Below are positions 13,765-18,958 of a stretch of DNA of 18,958 nucleotides, in pieces; positions within the stretch are counted from its first letter, which is position 1; every line of letters begins with the position of its first letter. The stretch comes from Candidatus Methylomirabilis limnetica. Its GTDB lineage: Bacteria > Methylomirabilota > Methylomirabilia > Methylomirabilales > Methylomirabilaceae. Location: contig NZ_NVQC01000031.1 in assembly GCF_003044035.1 (NCBI RefSeq), positions 1 to 18,958 of the forward strand, read 5' to 3'. Made by a program: the position numbers and the translations under genes. Below the pieces are notes generated by a model. It searched no databases and had not been told where the DNA came from. It worked only from the letters and a program-made list of their open reading frames with translations.

Positions 13765-14976
13765 ATGGTGATGAAACCGATGAAGACCCTCCTCGACCTG
13801 GAGGAGGGTCTGCGAATTGTGATGGATGCGGCCCAGCCGATAGAGCGGACTGAGCATGTGGCGCCGCTTGAGGCGGTCGGCCGGGTTCTGGCCGAAGATA
13901 TCTGCGCATCGATGGATGTCCCGCCCTTTGCTCGGGCGGCCATGGACGGGTATGCGGTCAGGGCAGAGGATACGTTCGGCGCTGGAAACTTTTCACCGAA
14001 GATTCTGGAACTCATTGAGGTGATTCACGCCGGAGAGTCCGCCCATCGGAGCGTCCTCCCCGGGAGCTGCATCCAGGTGGCGACTGGAGCCCCGATGCCC
14101 GATGGCGCCGATGCCGTCGTCATGGTAGAAGATACGGAGCTGGACAGCACCAAGGTGAAGGTCTACAAGCCTGTCTATCCCCAACAGCACGCCTCACCGA
14201 TGGGCGAGGACATTCCACAGGGCCGCCTCGTCCTGCAACGCGGGGTACGCCTGGACCCGAGCAAGATCGGAGTGCTGGCGGCTCTTGGGCTGCAAAAGGT
14301 TGGAGTCTATCAGAAGCCCCAGGTGGCCGTGATCCCTTCCGGAAACGAAATCCTCATGCCCGGAGAGGTTCTCAATCCCGGGAAAATCTACGACATCAAC
14401 TCGTATACCCTCTCTGCGCTCATCAGCGAGAACGGTGGTCTTCCGCACATCTTCCCGATCATGAAGGACACATTGGAATCCACTATCTCGACGATCCGAG
14501 AGGCCCTCGCGTACGATCTCATCGTCCTGTCTGGGGGCAGTTCTGTGGGAGAGCGGGATATGATGCTGGAGGCGGTACAGCGGATGGGGGAGCTGAAGTT
14601 TCACGGCATCGCTGTCAAGCCGGGAAAGCCCACCATGTGCGGCATTGTGGAAGGCCATCTGTTGCTCGGGATGCCGGGCTATCCCACGTCATGTCTGACC
14701 AACGGCTATGGGATCCTGGCCCCCGCGCTTCGGAAGATGGCAAGACTGAGCCCGCGCTCTCTCGCCTCACTGAAAGCCCCGATGTCCCGTCGGTACACCT
14801 CAACGATAGGGCGGCACCAATACCTGCCGGTCCGCCTCGATGCCGGGGAGGTTGTCCCGGCCTTCAAGGAGTCGGGCGCCATCACCTCGATGGCAGACGC
14901 AGAGGGGTATATCGAGATACCTGCCAATGTAGACCTCCTTGAGAAGGGGGAAGTTGTGGCGGTCCTCCTGTTTTGA
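13765..14976 (+). CDS. moeA: Molybdopterin molybdenumtransferase MoeA
   Basis: PFARAAMDGYAV, SGGSSVGERD and KPGKP motifs, about 400 aa. The start may instead be ATG 13780 (MKTLLDLEEGL), which has GGTGA 7 nt upstream. Confidence 0.88.
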   Translation: MVMKPMKTLLDLEEGLRIVMDAAQPIERTEHVAPLEAVGRVLAEDICASMDVPPFARAAMDGYAVRAEDTFGAGNFSPKILELIEVIHAGESAHRSVLPGSCIQVATGAPMPDGADAVVMVEDTELDSTKVKVYKPVYPQQHASPMGEDIPQGRLVLQRGVRLDPSKIGVLAALGLQKVGVYQKPQVAVIPSGNEILMPGEVLNPGKIYDINSYTLSALISENGGLPHIFPIMKDTLESTISTIREALAYDLIVLSGGSSVGERDMMLEAVQRMGELKFHGIAVKPGKPTMCGIVEGHLLLGMPGYPTSCLTNGYGILAPALRKMARLSPRSLASLKAPMSRRYTSTIGRHQYLPVRLDAGEVVPAFKESGAITSMADAEGYIEIPANVDLLEKGEVVAVLLF

Positions 14977-15037
14977 TCACCCATCCGATTGTCCTCGACG
15001 TCATTGCCTGGCAGCGCTGTCCGGAGGCGACACCTTC

Positions 15038-16240
15038 ATGGATCTAACACTTGTTAAACAGCTAGCCATCTCCTCATCTTCCAAGATCGTTCTGTTGGTA
15101 GCTGACGGGTTGGGGGGCCTGCCGAGAGAGACGGATGGTCGAAGTGAGTTGGAGGTGGCCAGACTCCCCAATCTTGATGCCCTTGCAGCGCGCTCCCTCT
15201 GCGGTCTAATCGACATGGTGGGTCCCGGGATTATCCCGGGCAGTGGACCGGGGCATCTCGCTCTCTTTGGCTACGATCCTTTTATATACCAAATCGGACG
15301 AGGGGTTCTTGAAGCGTGCGGTATCGACCTGGAACTTCGTTCAAGCGATGTGGCAAGTCGAGGTAACTTCTGCACGCTTGATGAGGAGGGAAGAGTCGTC
15401 GACCGGCGCGCCGGTCGAATTACGACTGAGACCTGCCAGCGCCTCTGTGTCAAGCTCGATCAGATCAGGATCGAGGGGGTGGAGGTTATTGTCAGGCCCG
15501 TCAAGGAGCATCGGTTTGTCGTCGTGTTTCGGGGGGAGGGGCTCTCTGATGCCCTCTCCGAATCCGATCCTCTGGTCACAGGTGAGCGACCCCTTCCTGT
15601 AAAGGTTGTCAGCCCAGGAGCGGAACGGACGGCGGAGCTTGTCAATCAGTTCCTGGATCAGGCGCGTGAGGCACTGAAGGATGAAAAGCCGGCAAATATG
15701 GTGCTACTCAGGGGATTTGCCGCGCCGCCACAGCTCCCTGCATTTCCGGATCTGTTGCGGCTCCGGGCGGTAGCGATTACCTGTTATCCGATGTACCGCG
15801 GTCTCGCCAAGCTAATCGGGATGGATGCGTTACCCTTTTGTGCCGACTTGGATGACGAGCTACGCGCATTGTCCCGGAACTACGACCAGCATGACTTCTT
15901 CTACGTACACTTCAAGGCGCCTGATCGAGCCGGAGAGGATGGCGACTTTGACGCGAAAGTTGCCGCGCTGGAAGAGCTGGATCGGCGCATTCCGGATTTC
16001 CTGAATTTCCACCCCGATGTGTTTATCGTGACCGGCGATCATTCGACACCGGCTATTCTTAAAGGCCATAGCTGGCATCCGGTGCCATTCCTGCTCTGGT
16101 CACGATGGTCTCGTTCCGCCGGGGTCGGCAGATTTACGGAAAGAGAGTGCGCTCAGGGACCTTTAGGGAGAATGCCGGCAATCGATCTTATGCCCCTGGC
16201 AATGGCCAACGCTCTGAGGTTCAAGAAGTTTGGGGCGTGA
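15038..16240 (+). CDS. apgM: Cofactor-independent phosphoglycerate mutase, archaeal type (ApgM family)
   Basis: LLVADGLGG, LALFGYDP, DRRAGRI, HFKAPDRAGEDG, TGDHSTP and the C-terminal KKFGA all parallel archaeal ApgM. GGAGG precedes ATG 15038. The track start at 14939 overlaps moeA and is rejected. Confidence 0.85.
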   Translation: MDLTLVKQLAISSSSKIVLLVADGLGGLPRETDGRSELEVARLPNLDALAARSLCGLIDMVGPGIIPGSGPGHLALFGYDPFIYQIGRGVLEACGIDLELRSSDVASRGNFCTLDEEGRVVDRRAGRITTETCQRLCVKLDQIRIEGVEVIVRPVKEHRFVVVFRGEGLSDALSESDPLVTGERPLPVKVVSPGAERTAELVNQFLDQAREALKDEKPANMVLLRGFAAPPQLPAFPDLLRLRAVAITCYPMYRGLAKLIGMDALPFCADLDDELRALSRNYDQHDFFYVHFKAPDRAGEDGDFDAKVAALEELDRRIPDFLNFHPDVFIVTGDHSTPAILKGHSWHPVPFLLWSRWSRSAGVGRFTERECAQGPLGRMPAIDLMPLAMANALRFKKFGA

Positions 16241-16250
16241 GGGGTAATGT

Positions 16251-17453
16251 ATGTCAAAAGTCGGCCTCTACTGGCGCCTCTTTCAGGGCGTTGTCGAAAA
16301 CCCGCGCTACTACTACTTCGTCCTCCGAAGGAGCGCCTACGACAAAACTGTCAGACAGCTCGCGAACAATAACCTTCCTGAGAAGGGGACCTTTTATCCC
16401 GTCAAGCTCGACCTGCGCGTCATCTACGGCTGTAACCTCCGCTGTAAGATGTGCGGCCAGTGGGGCGATACGGGGACGTACTTCAGTTACGATACCGCCA
16501 AGCTCCAGCGCAAACTCGATCTTCAGGTAATCGAGGGGGTTGTGGAGGAGCTTGTGCCACACGGTCTAAGATACGTTGATTTGGAGGGTGGCGAGACGTT
16601 TCTCTATCCTCAGATCATCGAGCTCTTCCGGATGCTCAAGCGCCACCGTCTCTTCGTGAAGCCTGTCACCAACGGCACACTCTTAAAAAAGTATGCGCGC
16701 GAGCTAATCGACACGGGGATCGATGCGATCCATGTGTCGGTCGACGGTGACAAGGACGCGCACAACTTTGTACGCCAGGCAGATTGGGCGTACGATAAGA
16801 TGCTGGAGGGGTTGGAGGCGATTATTATGGAGCGGCAGCGCCGCAACCGTCATACGCCGCTTGTGCATGTGAGCTTCACCATGACGCGCCACAACAAGGC
16901 CCTGTCGGCATATAAGCTTTGCGAGGAGCTGGCTGGGAAGGGGTTGCTGGACGTCCTTTGCATCAAATCGAACCCGATTTGGGTTTCCACGGCCAATGGC
17001 GAAGCCTATAATAAGATGATCGCAAAGTACTTCGATATAAGCGGCCCCACGAGCTGGACAGGGTTCGTTGAGGACTATCGCGATTTTGAGGAGGAGGCGA
17101 AGGAGATCGCTCAGACGATCCGCCAACTCAAGACCAAGGATTACGACTTTTTCGTTCACCACCTCCCATCGATCCCATTGGCGGAAATTCCAAAACTATA
17201 TACGGACTACAACTGGAATCTCGGGCGCACCCACTGCCCGGTACCCTATCTTGAGCCGACGATCGACGTCGACGGTCACGTCTATCCGTGTAACCTCTTT
17301 ACGGACGAGCCGCTCTCGATGGGAAACGTCAACGAGAAGCCGTTTCTCGATATCTGGTTCGGCGACAAGTATCAGACCTTCCGGCGGATGCTGTCGGAGC
17401 AGGGCGGCCTCCTGCCAATCTGCAACCGCTGCTGTCAACTCACCGAACATTAG
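16251..17453 (+). CDS. Radical SAM enzyme with a twitch/SPASM-like C-terminal auxiliary-cluster domain
   Basis: CNLRCKMC (CxxxCxxC) near residue 60, with a GGE motif (LEGGETFLY). C-terminal HC-x17-C (with GHVYPC) and a CNRCC cysteine cluster. GAGGGG precedes the ATG. Confidence 0.85.
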   Translation: MSKVGLYWRLFQGVVENPRYYYFVLRRSAYDKTVRQLANNNLPEKGTFYPVKLDLRVIYGCNLRCKMCGQWGDTGTYFSYDTAKLQRKLDLQVIEGVVEELVPHGLRYVDLEGGETFLYPQIIELFRMLKRHRLFVKPVTNGTLLKKYARELIDTGIDAIHVSVDGDKDAHNFVRQADWAYDKMLEGLEAIIMERQRRNRHTPLVHVSFTMTRHNKALSAYKLCEELAGKGLLDVLCIKSNPIWVSTANGEAYNKMIAKYFDISGPTSWTGFVEDYRDFEEEAKEIAQTIRQLKTKDYDFFVHHLPSIPLAEIPKLYTDYNWNLGRTHCPVPYLEPTIDVDGHVYPCNLFTDEPLSMGNVNEKPFLDIWFGDKYQTFRRMLSEQGGLLPICNRCCQLTEH

Positions 17454-17464
17454 ATGGACCGGCA

Positions 17465-18511
17465 ATGAGCCAGGAAACGAATAAGCGCAGCTCCCGAATC
17501 TTCCACGTTCTTGCGCCGCTCGCCGGCGTTGTACTCTTCAGCTACCTGATCTATAAAGCGGGAGCGCGGGAGCTGTGGGAGGGAGTCGTACACTTCGGAT
17601 TTGGGATTGTCCTCTTCCTTGCGCTGGAGGGGGTGGGCGACGTCATGCGCGCCATAGCGACACGCTACTGCTTCAGCCCGGACAGCCCGAAGGTGCCGCT
17701 GGTAAGCCTGTTGTACATGCGCTGTACCGGAGCGGCGTACAACTTCATCACGCCGACCTCCGGGTTTGGTGGTGAGGTGGTCAAGGTGATGCTCCTGGAA
17801 AAGCACGTCTCGCGTAGCGAGGCGGCGAGAGTAGTGATCATCGACAAGTTCACGTACGGCATCGTACAGTTCGGGATGGCCTTTTTGGGGTCTGCGGTGG
17901 TCCTGTTCTGGACGCCGCTAGACCTGGGCCTGAAACTTACGTTCTGGGCCGCGAGCGCGGCTATGTGGGGCGGCTTCATCGGTTTTCTGGTCGTGCAGCG
18001 GCAGGGGTGGTTCAGTGGGTTTCTTGGCCGTGCCGTAGGGGTTGTTGCCGGGCGGCAGGCGCGCGAGTGGGTCGAGACGAACCTTGCCGAATTGGACGGC
18101 CGGCTGCGCAGTCACTACGAGAAGCAGGGGAAGGATCTGATCCTGGCGATGTTCTGGCACGCCCTGGCGTGTATGATGGGGATCGTGCAGGCGGGGCTCT
18201 TCCTCTGGTTTGTCTTCGGCGTGAACGACTGGACCAAGGCGTCCGCGATCTGGTTCTTCGGAAGCTGGTTCGACTGCATTATCTTCATGGTTCCGGCGGG
18301 GCTCGGGACTCAGGAGCTGACACGCGCGCTGATCTTCGAAAGGGCAATCGGCTTTACCTTCAGCGAGGGCGTGGCGTTTTCGATGATCCTGCGAATCAAC
18401 CAGATATTCTGGACCGCAGTCGGCCTGGGGACGTACGCATTGGAGATGGCGCTGAGTCGGCGGCGGCTAGGGAGCGCACTTGTCAAGACAGAATCAGACG
18501 CCGCGCTGTAA
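17465..18511 (+). CDS. Flippase-like integral membrane protein (UPF0104 / lysyl-phosphatidylglycerol synthase TM-region family)
   Basis: 348 aa with about 8 TM helices. The N-terminus (RIFHVLAPLAGVVLFSYLIYKAGARELWEGV) is typical of the family. It starts 11 nt after the radical SAM stop. Confidence 0.75.
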   Translation: MSQETNKRSSRIFHVLAPLAGVVLFSYLIYKAGARELWEGVVHFGFGIVLFLALEGVGDVMRAIATRYCFSPDSPKVPLVSLLYMRCTGAAYNFITPTSGFGGEVVKVMLLEKHVSRSEAARVVIIDKFTYGIVQFGMAFLGSAVVLFWTPLDLGLKLTFWAASAAMWGGFIGFLVVQRQGWFSGFLGRAVGVVAGRQAREWVETNLAELDGRLRSHYEKQGKDLILAMFWHALACMMGIVQAGLFLWFVFGVNDWTKASAIWFFGSWFDCIIFMVPAGLGTQELTRALIFERAIGFTFSEGVAFSMILRINQIFWTAVGLGTYALEMALSRRRLGSALVKTESDAAL

Positions 18512-18595
18512 GGTGAACTCCGTTGTAGGTCGGCCTTGCCGGATGGACCATGATGAGGTATTTGGCGCGTATCCTTATCCTGTACTCCTACTTTC

Positions 18596-18700
18596 AAATC
18601 CCCCTCAATCCCCCTTTCTCAAAGGGGGAGGTAGAGTGAATACCCCTCTTTGGAAAAGAGGGGTGAGAGCCTGCCCCAGCATGTATTAAGCCGGGGGGAG
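18596..18700. repeat. Hairpin-rich REP-like intergenic element (C5T3/A3G5 type)
   Basis: CCCCCTTT-ctc-AAAGGGGG (18610-18628) and CCCCTCTT-tggaa-AAGAGGGG (18643-18663), plus a weaker CCCCAGC...GCCGGGG pairing (18674-18697). Confidence 0.65.
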
Positions 18701-18831
18701 ATTTCAACAATGCTGTCCACATCTGGTCTTTCAAAAATCCTATGTTGGATAGGATGGTGGAACATAATACTTCTACGGAGACTGCTACTCCAGCATTGAA
18801 ATTGACAACTACATCATAGTTTTCTTAGAAT

Positions 18832-18958
18832 GGCTCTTCGCGTAATCGAGTGGGTGAATTTCATGTTTTTCAGAGTGCCGGGAGCATGGACGTGAGTATT
18901 TTCAGCCTCAGATATTCTTCATCCCGCAGCCCATACGCACGGCGTTGGATAACCCGTA
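18832..18958 (-). mobile_element. End of an ISL3-family insertion sequence (terminal inverted repeat plus transposase 3' end), continuing beyond the window
   Basis: GGCTCTTCGCGTAATCGAG... at 18832 matches my recollection of ISL3-family IR termini (GGCTCTTC...). It is flanked by AT-rich sequence and lies 38 nt from the transposase stop. Confidence 0.6.
18870..18958 (-). CDS. ISL3-family transposase, C-terminal 28 codons (partial, runs off the window)
   Basis: The minus-strand frame reads RVIQRRAYGLRDEEYLRLKILTSMLPAL*. (K/R)AYGFRD.EYF.LKI is the characteristic C-terminus of DDE_Tnp_ISL3 transposases. Confidence 0.6.
   Translation of the reverse strand, partial: RVIQRRAYGLRDEEYLRLKILTSMLPAL

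Noticed and set aside
14939-15037. Upstream extension of the apgM ORF
   Set aside because: It overlaps the moeA end. ATG 15038 follows GGAGG and gives the N-terminus expected for ApgM.
17965-18516. 183-aa alternative-frame ORF inside the flippase-like gene, plus 17450..17806 and 17665..17979 minus
   Set aside because: Off-frame or antisense Arg-rich translations. The 17465..18511 frame gives a coherent polytopic membrane protein.
18480-18689. 69-aa + ORF, and a 29-codon ORF from ATG 18550
   Set aside because: Both read through the hairpin repeat element, and the peptide (…PFLKGGG…PLWKRG…) is the usual artefact of this repeat class.

Overview
GC-rich bacterial chromosomal window of about 20 genes, mostly core redox and central metabolism, with small lower-GC accessory patches at both ends and around 2.2-4.9 kb. 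I cannot assign a taxon from sequence alone. From memory only, the intergenic repeat families resemble those in uncultivated GC-rich lineages.

Gene content, left to right:
- + strand: a GlsB/YeaQ-type small membrane protein, a decayed RadC/JAB remnant, a YnfA/SMR-like 4-TM protein, and a signal-peptide DUF3386-like protein.
- - strand: a helical hypothetical.
- + strand: an RHH-antitoxin/MazF-toxin pair joined by a 1-nt overlap to a beta-class carbonic anhydrase, then a pentapeptide-repeat protein behind a near-consensus promoter.
- - strand: thyX, two-subunit 2-oxoacid:ferredoxin oxidoreductase (korB, korA), and a CBS-pair protein.
- + strand: a non-canonical nuoG-like/nuoB/nuoI cluster coupled directly to trxB, then moeA, an archaeal-type cofactor-independent phosphoglycerate mutase, a radical SAM enzyme with a twitch/SPASM-like C-terminus, and a UPF0104 flippase-like membrane protein.
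- Window end: the terminal inverted repeat and transposase C-terminus of an ISL3-family IS.

Most notable:
1. The nuoG-B-I-trxB cluster encodes the Fe-S chain of complex I from N1b/N4 through N2, with no NuoE/F input module, no NuoC/D and no membrane subunits nearby.
2. A dispersed family of 7-nt-periodic (GCNNTCA)n repeats sits in the gaps of the kor and nuo operons.
3. There are two further hairpin-rich REP-like elements.
4. The radical SAM plus flippase-like pair has no nearby precursor peptide.
5. The mazEF-carbonic anhydrase coupling is unusual.

No rRNA, tRNA or CRISPR array was recognised. All functional calls rest on motif recognition by eye, not database searches.
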